A stretch of DNA of 63,814 nt, counting the filler, from Phoronis australis (taxonomy: Eukaryota > Animalia > Phoronida), in assembly GCA_002633005.1 (NCBI GenBank). It is 5 parts of 5 records of this genome, joined end to end, with 100 filler letters (N's around TTAATTAATTAA, not from the genome) between each part and the next. Parts side by side here need not be neighbours in the genome. Positions count along the whole stretch, not along the records: positions 11,637 to 27,290 come from NMRA01001036.1; positions 27,391 to 59,231 come from NMRA01001274.1; 3 more parts are not named here. One strand, given 5' to 3'. The translations under genes were made by a program, and so were the position numbers. Positions 24,033 to 37,063 of this stretch are shown in pieces (the stretch's first letter is position 1; every line of letters starts with the position of its first letter). The notes below the pieces were generated by a model, which searched no databases, had not been told where the DNA came from, and worked only from the letters and a program-made list of their open reading frames with translations.

Positions 24033-26692
24033 GTATGTTGATATTTTAACTAATTTTGTTCATTAAATGATATAGTGCTTAACATCAAGTGAAAAATTAT
24101 AACCTTTGACGGCAAGCTGTACCAGGGTCTTTTTCTCATCAAATCATTTCGAGAAGTTGCTACTGTATGTATTGCATGTGTTTTTTTACGAAACCGATTT
24201 TTGACGATGACGGATCACTTTGATGGAAGACATTAGCCGCCTGTTATACCGCATTATTAGGCCTGCTACAACACTGCCATTTTATGGTAGGTCAATGGTG
24301 GCAGCATATGCTGTCGCACTTGGTATTAATGGTGTTGTCAAGGAGAGCCTGTTGAGATTCAAATTAAATGTGTTTTGCAATGGATCTCCCTCTCATGCCG
24401 CTGCACACACCCGATAAAGTCCATTTATCAGACCCAAGATAGACAACAAGCGTCAAGGATTTCAACACACGTCACAACAACCCGACTGTAGTGAAATCTA
24501 ATCAGTTTCTTTACTTCAAACTTCACTGGCTACTTGAATGAATGTGTTGTAACTGTGTCTGCTGCCAACCGGCTGCAAATCTGTCTGTGAATGCGCCACC
24601 TCCTGTAGATATGAGTAGGCTGAAATTGAATTTTTTAGTTATCATACCGCATTCCTTCGAGTCAGGTCTCAGCTGAAGTACTTGAATTAATATCACAGGA
24701 AATTTAGTGTTGTTTTAAATTCTTAATCAGTGTTTAGCTGAAAAGGGAAGCTATTCAGGAGACCTTTGTATTAGCACAGTGTTGACATGTTTACAGTGAC
24801 AGTCCTTAAATGATGAATTTTATCCTTTTACTTTATTTAGTGTTTTAGAAATTACAACAAGAAAACAATTTGACGACTGCAAAAACTCTATTTAAGTTTT
24901 TTCAAATATTTTCAATTTTACTAATTATTGTATTCAAGTACAACGAAAGGCTTTACGCCAGTACTTCCTGGAATTAAACATTACTATTTATTGACAAACT
25001 CACGCAGGCCCCAGAACATTTCATTTTCTGCCTTTGCCTTCACAGTTGAATGACTTATCTTTGTTCTGAAAGAGAGGCTTCGAGCAGTTTCATATGGTGA
25101 CACTTTAATTGAAATGTTTTAATGACGACTTCATCAATCATCTCCTTTTAAAGGATCATAATGTTATTTTGCACCTTTTGTCACCTGGCAGAAAGTGTGC
25201 CGTACTTTGATATTCGAGTTAAATTTGTCTGAGCCAACATGTAAATGACTGGATCCAATCGCCATCTCTGTCAGTCCGGCTGGTCAGTGCCTGGCTACTT
25301 CTGATGTATCGGATGACCATTATCTGTGACACCCTTTCATGGATTTTTGTGAAATTTTGAGGACAGCAAACATTCACTGATTGTGTTCCGCCAAGTGTTA
25401 AGCTTTAGGTTAACGTATGGTGGATAATAATTAAACGTTGCAAACATGTACTTGTTGTAGAAAAAACGACACCAAACTATTTTCAGATGCATTCTACTGT
25501 ACGTATTTTGCACCCCCTGTCGTCGTTTTTAGTATCTGCTTTTCATTCATCGCGTGTTGAACTACTGTGGTGCCCCTGATGGCACCTGTTTTCTTCTGCT
25601 TAGGGATCTACCAAGTTCCGTGGGATTAGTACACGCTTGACATTCATTTCAGTAAAGGTCCTTTTTCTATGGCATCAGTGGCATGTCTGTCTGCCGGTTT
25701 CCTCTTCCTTTGTACGTTGTCAAAGCAGGGATGCGCATCACAGGCCACTGTGGTGGTCGTAGCAGCCACTTGCAATAGAGTTTTCGGGGTTTTGATGAAT
25801 CATCAATTGTACGGGAGTTCCCAACCATTGAAGTTACTGCATGAGCGCGCTTTATCGAAGTCGTACACGTCGTCTGCCCCTAAAAGTCTCGTGGGCAGAG
25901 ATCACATTTGCGGTTCCTGGCAGCTTAAACTGCTGAGGAATAAACTAGTGTTTTTTTACGTTAATTCCTGATCTACACGGTTTGAATTATTCTTGTGAAA
26001 TATAATTCTTTTCTGGTCTGTGATCACTTTGATGGATAATTATAGACATCAATTTGATCGCATTACTTTAGACCTGTTGATTTATCCCCATTACAGTGCC
26101 GTCCAGACGATATTACGAAATATTGACGGCATATGCTCTCGTAATTGGTATTTTATATTTTCAGGGAGAGGCTGATGAGATTGAAATTAGGAGTGTTGTC
26201 TAATGGACTCGATTTACACGTATGCGGCTAGTTCAAGCCTATGAGGTTCAAGTATAGGACTTCTTGGGTGCCAATAACCGTCCATTATTACTTAGTTACA
26301 CGTTTTGTAAACCTCGACGCCCTTACTTTTTGACACATGAAATGAATCTCCGTGCTTTTTTTTACAATTTCGTTTTGTGTGTCTTCAGGAAATAATTCAG
26401 GAACTACCAACCGTTTCCATCCCGGATACCGTTTCTTTTGAAGTGAAATTATTTTTTCATTACAACAACAATAACTAAAAATTAGGTCGTAATCATAAAA
26501 ATGCAACAACAGTGTCATTTTCTTATCAAAGCAATTAGTGGGGTTGCTGAAGACTGCATGTCTTTTTCACAAAATCAGTTTTTCCTGGAGTACTGTTCCC
26601 TGATCACTTTGATAAATGAGAGTTCACATCAGTTGTACCTAATTATTCGAGTTTGTAGCTATGCTGATCGTGAAATCGATTTTTTTCAATAG

Positions 26693-26728
26693 GAACATCT
26701 TGTTTGACTAGAAATGGTGAAGGTGGTG
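26693..26728 (+). CDS. Candidate 36-nt microexon, paralog of 23997-24032 (GTSCLTRNGEGG)
   Basis: AATAG acceptor and GTATGT donor. About 250 bp of flank is similar to 23970-24230. Confidence 0.45.
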
Positions 26729-27140
26729 GTATGTTGATATTTTCTCTTACTTAATATTCCATTGTAGCTCTCTTCATTGATTACATAGAGCTTAACGTTA
26801 AATTAAAACTTAGTTGCTTTCACCTCAAACAGTAATGCGATTTTGTTATCAAAATGTATCGAGTAGTTGCAATACTGCAGTTGTTTTCTTATGAAATCAG
26901 GTTTTCACGATGGACTGTTCTCTAATCACTTCGATGGATGATGACTATAGATATCAGTTTTTTTAAACAGTACACACCATGGATTTTTGCACATTGCGAA
27001 TTACCGGTGGCCACAGACTAAATGTATGACGTAAAATTTAGCCAAATCCATGATTATTTTGTGTCATTAGCTCGAAATTTTGATTTCTCTTTCAATTTTA
27101 CCAATTTTCACATTTCCCGCCATGTGACATCATGGGTTGA

Positions 27141-27290
27141 CAGGGCTCGACGCTATTAAAATCGCCAGGTCGCATTTTGCGACCTAGCCAAAATCCCAGG
27201 TCGCATTTTCAAAATCCAACTCTCATTCGTAAGTGCCAGGTCGCAAAATTTTCCCGCCATTTTTACGCGCCAAAATAGATTTTTTAGATC
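27141..27290 (+). mobile_element. Left terminus of a hAT-type element, cut by the spacer
   Basis: CAGGGCTCGACGCTA followed by three CCAGGTCGCA subterminal motifs, one forming GGTCGCATTTTGCGACC. Confidence 0.6.
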
Positions 27291-27947
27291 NNNNNNNNNN
27301 NNNNNNNNNNNNNNNNNNNNNNNNNNNNNNNNNNTTAATTAATTAANNNNNNNNNNNNNNNNNNNNNNNNNNNNNNNNNNNNNNNNNNNNGCAGTATATG
27401 GATTTCCCCCGCTTTTGATGACGTCATCCGCATATTGCGCAAATCAACAAAACGCGCAGAACAATAGCAATCCTAGGCAGTTCAACATGTAGCTGGGGTA
27501 GCATAAAATAAACATTTGGAAAACCCTTAAGGCATAACAACTAGGAGTAAAATATCAGTGACGCTTCAGTTGACTATAAAATGATTTTAGACAATGCATC
27601 TGGTAGGGATATTTTAATAGTTGGTAAGTGCAATATAAATTTCTCAAGGTCAGTCTAACGTATGTGTAGGAATGATCATAAAACATGCACATTTGCTTAG
27701 ATTTAGTCTAATATTTTTCATGTTTTTTTTATAGAACAATTCCTTTTAATGATGTGTTTTTTATTCAGTTTAAATGCTCCTGACCAGCTCTCATAATGAA
27801 TAAATGACCACTTCCATTGTTGGTATTTGCCAGTATTTTGCATTTCATTTTGTAGAGCCAGGCAATTAGACACAAGTTACTCCCTGCTCAAGAGTATCAT
27901 CTATTACCTGATAAACTAGACCTGCTAGTTGGGATCAGGGATACTTC

Positions 27948-28335
27948 TGACCATGGTTGACTATGGTCGAAAGCGTAATCAACCATGGTTGCCTCTTTAT
28001 AGACCAAGGCAACAATGGTTGACTATGGTTTGACCATGGTTGACCATTGGTCAGATGCCAAGTCAACCATGGTTGTCCATTTTAAAAATGGGCAACCACG
28101 GTTGACCGTGGTTTGACAGTGTTTTGCCCATGGCTGACCATGGTCCGAAGCATAGTCAACCATGGTTGATAATTTCTGGAAAAGGCAACCACGGTTGAGA
28201 ATGGTTTGATTGTGGTTCACCATGGTCAGAAGCATGGTCAAGCACGGTCAAATTTGGTTTAACCATGGTTGAACCATGGTTGACTGTGCTTTACCGTGCT
28301 TAACCATGATCAACCATGATAACATTTCGTAGGGG
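27948..28335. repeat. Array of palindromic AACCATGGTT-type motifs; likely subterminal end of a CCC-ended non-autonomous transposon
   Basis: Many (A/G)ACCATGGT(T/C) variants at roughly 11-bp spacing, ending abruptly in CATTTCGTAGGG. Confidence 0.7.
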
Positions 28336-28383
28336 TACCCTGGTTGTTAAATCTGCGCGACGATGTTGCCAGCAACTACTTAC

Positions 28384-28482
28384 CCTGTCTCTTATTTCTA
28401 ATCTGGCTCCTTTATCCAAAAGCAGGCGCACAATATTCAAGTTTCCTCCAAAAGCTGCGTAATGTAGAGGTGTTGACCCGTT
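28384..28482 (-). CDS. Ankyrin-repeat exon of a host gene
   Basis: 99 nt, phase 0/0, TAG acceptor, GTAAGT donor. Encodes NGSTPLHYAAFGGNLNIVRLLLDKGARLEIRDR. Confidence 0.92.
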
Positions 28483-30180
28483 CTATAAATTACATAAACA
28501 TTTAATGATAACATTTGCAGACCGTTTATTATTGAAAAAAAACATAATTCTCAACAAATTACTTGTGCATCGTGAAATCAAGTTTTGTATTAAAAATATT
28601 TACAAATATAGAAAATTTACAAAAACAGAATATATGTTTGACTGGGAGCATATCTATCCCCCAAATGTGCACTTTGCACTTCTTTGAGATTTTGGCTTGG
28701 GAAGCTTTTAAAAATTATAATTCACGAAGTCCACAACTTGCTGTTTCTCTTCACAGAACTGAAACACTAACAGGTCTAGGATATCGTATGGGGGACTGGA
28801 CAGACGCGAATTCCCAAAGGCAAATGTTCAAACGACACCTATAACGGTATGTTGACGGCTTTGTTTGGTCGTGCCCTTAACGAAACCTCTGCACCCCGCC
28901 CCTCCCTTCCCCAAACAAAAGACGCAGGGGTGTAGTGTTGCACGCACAGCAGTCAGTGGTCTGGTTTCGAGAATTTAAGTTTGAAGGTAAACCCTATAGC
29001 TCCAAAAGTGTAAATAGCAGTTCTATGAAGAATGCACAAGTCTTCAGCAGATCCAGACCTCGGTTAATAGAAAAAGGAACTGGATTGTATTGATGTACAT
29101 GTAAGCAGAAGAACTTTGACGGAACATTGTTTCCGTCCAAAGACGACGTTTTTACAAGCTTAAGTCATGCTGAGGCAGCTTCATGTAACTCAGTGAACAC
29201 AATCCTAATCTGCGGACGTGTTGGAGACGTTTGCAATGCGGCACCTGTCACTCTCCCGACGTCCCTGACTAGGTTACCATTGCCAAGATGCGTTTTAATA
29301 ATACTTCGATGATTTAATATCCCAACTTAAGTTAAGTAGAATACTATCCATGGTGTGTGCATTCCGACAAACATCTGTAAAAAAGATGTTAATGGCATCT
29401 GAAGAACTTAAGATTTGAACTCAGCAAAATAAGACTTTTTCGGAAAGTAGAAATCCTGTTAGTAAAATTTGGTGTTTTGCTTTCAACCTTTCTCGCACTG
29501 ATAGGGCCACGTGATCATGTCATTTCAGTGCATTCACATGAAAAACAATGACAATGGCATGAGCAAATTTTGCTTGAAAAAGTGTTCAACATGAAATCTC
29601 AAAAAATATGTTACTGTTTTCTAAATTATCATTTTGTTTTCATTTCAGGGAACTCTTGATTTATTTTCAGAAAAATTGCAAAATTATCCTCTCAAAAGTG
29701 ACATGTTTTAATACCAAACCCTGATAGCGTCTTGGAAAATAGTGCACAAAGAAGGATATCAGAAAGTTTCATATCAAAACCCATCAGGCAGTTTTGAGAA
29801 ATGATTGTCCGATGTTAACCATACCTGAACATTTTTCAGGGGTACATGTACAACATAACCTTAACAACGCGTGTTAATTCCCAACAACACGTAGCTTATG
29901 AATGCATATGTATTTGCCATGCCTTGGACACATATTAATACATTGTAAGCGAAACGTCTTGATCGATGACAGACAAAGACAACGATGACGATGACGGTGA
30001 CGGTGGTATTTGGTAATGAAATTCATGAAATTTAATAACGGTGAAGTTGATGCAATTGTATGGTGACTTTGGCAGTGCTGCTGCCAATGACTGGAGATGA
30101 CGGAGACGGCGTTAACGACGCCAACAAACATGATGATTAAAAGCTCACTAACGTAGAATTATTCAGCTTACGGGTTTCTA

Positions 30181-30616
30181 CCAGGATTTGCTGTAGATAA
30201 GCCCAAGGGCGTGTATTCGGAGAATGAAACATTTCAGGAGTTTTAATAACACCAAATAAGCGCCCGTGTGTTCATTCGGAACGGGGGAGGGCTGTCAACG
30301 GAAATCATAGCCTCAGCTGACTGAAAATATCAGCGCTTTTTATAAAATTGTTAAATACAGTTTGCCAGCATTTTCTTCGTTTTTTATTAAGGATAAATGC
30401 TCCATAGAATTGAATTTGTGGCTAAAAGTTGTCGCTGAGTAGGGTTTTAAGAGCAACTTTTCCGAATGAACTTCCTGCTATCTGGACACTTGATACCAGA
30501 AGTTTCAATACCAAAGAAATGCACATGGGCATATATATTTGACATGTTTGACATGATGTTCTCAATAAACACCCATGGGCGTTTCATCGGGTGGGCTTAT
30601 CCACGGAAAATCCATG
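30181..30616. mobile_element. MITE, Tc1/pogo-like ends
   Basis: GATTTGCTGTAGATAAGCCCA versus reverse complement of TGGGCTTATCCACGGAAAATC (18 of 21). Confidence 0.6.
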
Positions 30617-30879
30617 TCTGGCACCCTGTACCCTTTGAACGTTAAGTCCGAGTTGGCCTGTAGACGGTCGAACAAACTATAACGAGGTAAAGCAGTTGAT
30701 CGCAATCGCTCCACAAATGCACAATTTAGATTAATTTATACAGGCCCTACAAGAACGAGTCTGCAGATTTACCTTGTTGTTGGCACCAAGGCTTCAAGTT
30801 ATCTCGTTCAGTGAGTTCACTGGTTCCAAGTCCAAAATATATCCCAATCTGACGCTTCAGATCATCGTTTGTTAGAGTG

Positions 30880-32613
30880 GTAGAAAAATTAATTAATAAA
30901 TTAGTGGATTTATGATTATATAGAGATGGCTACGTTACGAGGACTTCATCAGGCCATTGAGGTGTCATGTGACTCGTCATGTGATTCACAGCACAGTTTG
31001 CGCAGGATCCTCTTCAGTGCCCTATCCCACGTCCTTGGCAAAAGAAACCTCAGGCCTCCGTCTGTTTAGGCTAGGATTCTCAATTCTTTCATAAATAGCT
31101 TCCTTGACACCTCTCCTTAACCAATTTTCCTCTCTATCCAGAATCATGACATCTTCTATGGAGAAAGAGTGGCCTGTGGCCGCCATATGACTAAAAACTT
31201 CAGAATCATATCAGTCCCCATAACTGGGCCTACGATGTTGGTTGAAACGACTTTTCAGGGCTTGTTTGGTTTCCTCAAGGTATGCTTCCCCACACCTGGC
31301 TCTGACCATGAAATGTCATACACCACATTTGAGTTTTTCTCTTTCGTGGTCTTAACTTTCACATTCAACAGATGACTCCTTATGGTGTTAATTGGTTTGA
31401 ACGAAACAGAAATATCGTGGCCTCTCATGTGAGATTTAACCTGGTCTGAGATCCCTGGCACAAAAGGTAATGTTATCCTGATGTTTCCCTTTGTTGGCAG
31501 GCTGCGTGTTCTGAGGCCTGACTCCGCAGAGGTTTGCTTTGTGGAATGACCACTCAGGATAGCCACATCTCTTTAATACGGTTCTGTTGTAGTCCAATTC
31601 AACATCGCTGCCTCCCTCCGAATTGGGTATGGTTTTTGCACGATATCCCAACGTCCTTATCACGCCCAGTTTGTGTATCAAAGGGTGATTAGAGTCAAAC
31701 TGAAGACAGTACTCCCTGTGAACGGGCTTCCTATAAACCTTGGTCTTAACACGCTTGTCTATAACAGTCACAAATAATCCATCAATGGCAAACAGTTGCC
31801 TCTAGATTCCACTTGAGTAAATTTGATTTTGATATCACATTGATCAATGTTTTCGAAGAACCCTATTTTTTTCAGAATTCTTCAGCACAACAAAAGTGTC
31901 ATCTACATACCTCAGCCACAGTCTAGGTGGAACACCATCATAGGACGCTAACGCCTTTCTCTTAAAGTTCTCCATGTATAAGTTCACCACAATGGCGGAA
32001 ACAGGAGTGCCCATGACACATCCATTGTATTGGATGTAGATGTTCCCGTCAAAAGAGAAGTAAGTGTACTTAAGTGTTAGCTCCAGTAGCTGGCAAATAT
32101 TGTCTACCGATAGGGTTGTTCTGTCACTCAAGGAATTATCCTGCTGTAGGTGTTCTCTCACAACCGTCATGGGGGTACACATGTAAACAGTGCACTCACA
32201 TCATAGGAAGTAATGCTATCATCTTCTTCCACCACTAGATTTTCTATGTACTTAACGAATGACTGAGTGTTCTTTACATAGTGTTGAGACAGGCCAAGCA
32301 GGGGCGAGATGATTCTCGAAATAAATTTAGCGATGTTGTAAGTGACAGAACCAGTGCAGCTTACGATCGGCCTAAAGAGACAGGGGAGCCTGAGGTTTCT
32401 ATTGCCAAGGACGTAGGATAGGGCACTGAAGAGGATCCCGCGCAAATTGTGCTGTGGATCACATGACGAGTCACATGACACCTCAGTGGCCTCATGAAGT
32501 CCTCGAGAGGAGGACGTAACGTAGCCATCTCTATATAATCATAAATCCAGTAATTGATTGATTATTTTTTTTCTACCTTGATTACCGAACTGGATGACCG
32601 AAAACATTCATCG
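30880..32613 (-). mobile_element. 5'-truncated Penelope-like retroelement with inverted terminal repeats
   Basis: Frameshifted RT (SYDVSALFT, MGTPVS, WLRYVDDTF, VYRKP) and GIY-YIG remnant. Inverted repeats of about 200 bp at 30879-31072 and 32370-32577. 14-bp TSD CGTTTGTTA(G/T)AGTG at 30866-30879 and 32614-32627. Confidence 0.92.
32486..32528 (+). ncRNA. Degenerate minimal type I hammerhead ribozyme in a Penelope terminal repeat (second copy 30926-30957, minus strand)
   Basis: GTGGC-CTCATGA-A-GTCCTC gagag GAGGAC-GTAAC-GTA-GCCAT: stems I and II pair. The other copy keeps CTGATGA but lacks half of stem II. GAAA is GTAA in both. Confidence 0.7.
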
Positions 32614-33479
32614 CGTTTGTTATAGTGCTTTCGTTGATACGAGGGTGGGTTATGATACATGTACTACCCTAAAAATTTTCCATTGAACACAATTGCAGCG
32701 TACTAGCTGTACCAGGTAAGATATGAGGATTGTTTTGCAAAATTAGTAAACACCATATTGGTAGAATTGCTGCATTCAATTAACCCAATTTTCTGTGATC
32801 TTAGATTTTCATTCATCCTAAGAGATTCAGATATGTGGACACTGATAATATTGGCGTCACCGTGCTACATTGACAAGATTTGCCGTTTCGGAATAGCCAT
32901 TTTCTAAAATATAATATGTAACAGAGAAAGTCTCCATTGAACCTCAAAATATGTATTTTCTCTCATCAGGCATTCGTTTCAGTTCAATTTGCACATGGTA
33001 ACGATCAACTTTCCATGAAAGCAAGAGAAGGAAACACCCTTCTCCTAAGCCTGTCGCTAGCGAAGTGCCCAACACATACAGTCGCGCCAACATGCCCACG
33101 TAACAAAGGCGCACTGAGACGCAACAAAGACATTAGCATAAGAATAAGTGAACATTTGCAACCAAATAAGAATAACAATAAGCGTAAAGTTACGAACGTC
33201 CCGTCACAAATAGAGACTGCGCGATATGATACACCGAGTATCTTTAACTACACATACAATACAGTGTGATATTTGCAGTTTTTTTCAAATATTCTTTGCG
33301 AGCATAATGATGCCGTATTGCCACAACTGTAGAGTGGGACATTCAAACAATCCTTCATAATGTCCAACGTCTCAAAATGTCTGTGTATGAAGCAAATTGG
33401 ATTTCGTTCCTGTCATGCACACAAAATGGACCAAGCAACAACGCCAGGAAAATGCCATAGATTAACTGGTAAGACATTC

Positions 33480-34460
33480 CAATCGGAACCAACCCACTTC
33501 GTTCTTTGTGAATGACATTGTTGAGTTAATTGAGACAGTGCTGAACACCCCCTACTTTGTGTTTTACGACAAAAATAGACAGTAGTATGGCACGGCTATG
33601 GAACGCTATGTATCCCCTATTGTACTGAATTTGTACATGAGGTAATGAAAACATTTAGTCCTTAGTTCGACCACTGTTGCCCATAGATTTTGGAAGCGGT
33701 ATGTGGACGACACGTTCACCATCCTCGAGAGGAACTGCATTTGTACCTGCATCAGTTAACCACATGAAAGCTCTAGACACTTGTATTAAATTCATTGATT
33801 AGATTGAATCGTCTCACAGCTGTATTTCGTTTTTAGGCTCTCTCATTGAAGGTTTTGAAAGTTTATCGTAAGTCTACACCAATCAGTACCTTCACTTCAA
33901 CACGCACCACCCATTTTTCCAGAAGTTCGGACGTAGTTCGGACACTGAGACAAAGTTATGAAAGTACTGTCACCAAGGAAGAGGGTAGATCTGTGCAACA
34001 CGCCCTGTTTAACTTTGCGCTTTCCTCATGTGTATACCCGGGTTTGGCTCTGAGGACATCTTTTTTGGACAGACAGAGATGGAGAAGGGAAATGTGTGGT
34101 GATGCTACCATGCTATCAATGTACTTCGGAGACGTTATGTATGATTTTTAAGACGCACAGGGTTGAAGTACCTTTCCGACCTAGCCATAAACTGCAGAAT
34201 TCACTGGTGTATTTCCCAAAGATAAAACTTTTTTTAATCAAAAGTGTGGTGCCAAGCATCAAGTGGGCTGTGCTTCTAGTGAGTCTGAGTACGGAGATTG
34301 GAGACCGGGTCTAGTTCTCTGTCATCAGCTTTATCTGAACACGCCCAGGAAAAAGGACAACCCATCAACAGGCAGTCTGTCAACGTTTTTGACAGTGAGG
34401 ACCTTTATATAATTAGGAAAATGAGGGAAGCCATACAGATTAGACAGAAATCACTTCAAA
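33480..34460 (+). pseudogene. Old, heavily degraded Penelope-like RT/GIY-YIG fragment
   Basis: FWKRYVDDTFTI near 33690-33725, KVYRKST near 33860 and RKMREAIQIR near 34415-34445; many stops and frameshifts. Confidence 0.75.
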
Positions 34461-35377
34461 TTATGACAAGATTTTAAGCCAGCGCAAAATCAGTAACTGC
34501 AGATTTCTTTGCATTGCTCTAGGTTCACTAAACATCAATGAGAACACACAGCCAGCATCCCTTACGTATACACTTGACATCAAAATTGGATCCCGGGACC
34601 CAATTTATCTGAGGTCATACAAGTCATATACGTCAGTGGTGGACTCATTTTTGCGACGACGACAACGTGAAGACAAGTGTCCGTCTCCATAAACCACGTT
34701 GGAGAATAGTTTGCCGGGCCCGGCAAATTTCATTTGGTTTGTCTGATGCAACGTAGTCCTGTCGTTTTCGTGTGACTCCATAGCATAATATACCATAATT
34801 TATGAACACGCACACACTGTGTCTATTTTGAGAGAACTTTGACATATGCACTGACGCCCTACCCTCAAAGTCTTCAGACTGACGTTTCTTAGTAGGTTAG
34901 TGACTTCAAACCGGATTGTTCTGAACCCCCCTCGACCCCCACATCCCGCGACCCATAAAACTCTTGATCCACTACCCAACAACCAACGATCCACACTCCC
35001 CTCGACCCACGACTTGTGCCAATAAATGTTAATTCAAACACGGTGATCTTTATTTTTGTTGATTGCATATGAATGCCATGGGCTTTATCATAGCTAAATT
35101 GGAATGTGGTGCTTAGTTCAAAACTTCACAAAGGTACTACAACTTCGTTATCATGTGTATACACTGCATAAAAATTTCATCTGTTAAAATCTCGGTGAAA
35201 ATGAGAACAAGCGTTTTGTAAAATGTACTCCCGATTCATTTAGGCTGACTGTGCGTGCCCACATTTGTATCAACACCAAAATACTTGCATGGGGGTGGAA
35301 AACGATGTTTATAATGCATCATGTATTGAAATAAACCTCCAGTCATTCGTTCAATGATAGTATTTGAACATGCTTAC

Positions 35378-35476
35378 CTTATCACATAAATTGACAGCTG
35401 CGTCAGGCGGGAGCATTAACTTTAAAACTTCGGCGTTGCCTCCCAAAGCGGCGTAGTGCAACAGAGTACCACCAGT
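35378..35476 (-). CDS. Ankyrin-repeat exon, probably the same gene as 28384-28482
   Basis: 99 nt, phase 0/0, TTACAG acceptor, GTAAGC donor. Encodes TGGTLLHYAALGGNAEVLKLMLPPDAAVNLCDK. Confidence 0.88.
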
Positions 35477-37038
35477 CTGTAAAACATAAAGGGTATATTT
35501 TTTTCTGCAACTCGCTCGTCCAAAATCATCAAACTTTACGAAGTGACGTCACTAATTTCATACACTGTAAATGTGAAAACAATGTCTGTTATTTGTCGTA
35601 CTGATTGTTTTGAGACCCTTTAGAATCACTACGTGTAGGTAAATATTAAAGTAGAGTGATTATAAAATTAAATTATAAATTCGAGAGTTTTTCGGGAATG
35701 AAAAGGTAACCAATTTTCAAAGGTACAGTACCACAGTATTCCTTAGTATCCTGATGAACGAAATGGAGGTGTGATTAAGAGGGCCATAAAAATGGCACCT
35801 AAATATTGAGCTAGATCAACATCTCTGACAACCACCTGAAAAGTCTATCATGTCATTCACTGTTTTAAAGTGACAACGGCAGAACAGTTTTAGGGGTAGA
35901 GAACATAAGCTCGATCACTTCAATAGGAGCCAAAGCTGAGGTCGATCAACCCAAGATGTGACCGCATGAACCCAGTTGTAAAATATTCAGCATAACCCAT
36001 GTATCATTTATGAACACTACCAGATAAGTCATGTGATGGGTTACCCCCGAAAGACACATACTATCTTCCGACTTGAGCTAAATTAGGTAACCAGTTGAAA
36101 GCAATTGCAATATATGTAGATCACTCCACGTGCCACAACTGATACCCCACAAGTCAGACAAAATAAAAAACACGAAATATATTTGTTGGTGACATTTTTT
36201 GATGCTGTAGATAATAAGTCTAATTAAAAGCAATGTTATGCAATTTTAGTGACTAGTGTATAATTAATTAAACATATTGGTTGTTTACCAAAATTAGTAA
36301 CCTCCTAGGAGTTCATTGGAAGTGATTCACCACATGTCTGTTACCAGTTGTGGGATGTTTAAAATAACAATTGTGCCTTGTTTTGCAAGTTGTGTAACTT
36401 AAAGTCTTTGAAAACCTGTCAGCTTTGGGACGAGGCGTTTCCGACAACAACAATAATCTGTTATTTGTCCATCGGAATTACTCAACTCTTGATTGTCCTG
36501 CACCATAATTGGTAATGACTTGGGTTCATTGCTGGAGTCCAGCAGATTGATTCACAGAATTGTTTTGGAACCAGCGACTTGTTCAGAGAATTGTTTTGGA
36601 ACTACTGTAGATGTAGCATTTTGGAGGAAGTTTGCGGGTTTTCATGTTTTGAACTATCTCGCCCACATTTCTTGTGTTCAGTATAAATATTCTGTTAGCT
36701 ATTCTAGAGTTTATATTGCTTGGAGAGAGGCTGCTGCTTGCTTCAAGAATATCACAGATACCCAGCGTTGGTAAGAGACAACTTTGATTCTTGATGTTTT
36801 ACTATAAGGTTTGACTTTAGAAAAAAATAATTCTCAGTTCTTTGATTATTTGATTAACTCATAGAAAGTGTTGTAATAGAAATTGTTTTAACTACAAGTT
36901 TCTGCTAACTATTGTTTACCAAATTGTGAGTTGATATAATATTATTAGATATGCAATTTTCTGTATTTTAGTATGATGTATTTGGTACTTCAATTTGTAT
37001 TACGTATTTTATTATCTTTATTAATTGTTTCAGGTTTA

Positions 37039-37063
37039 ATCGTATCGTATCGTATCGTATCGT
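37039..37063. repeat. (ATCGT)5 microsatellite
   Basis: Read directly from the sequence. Confidence 0.9.
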
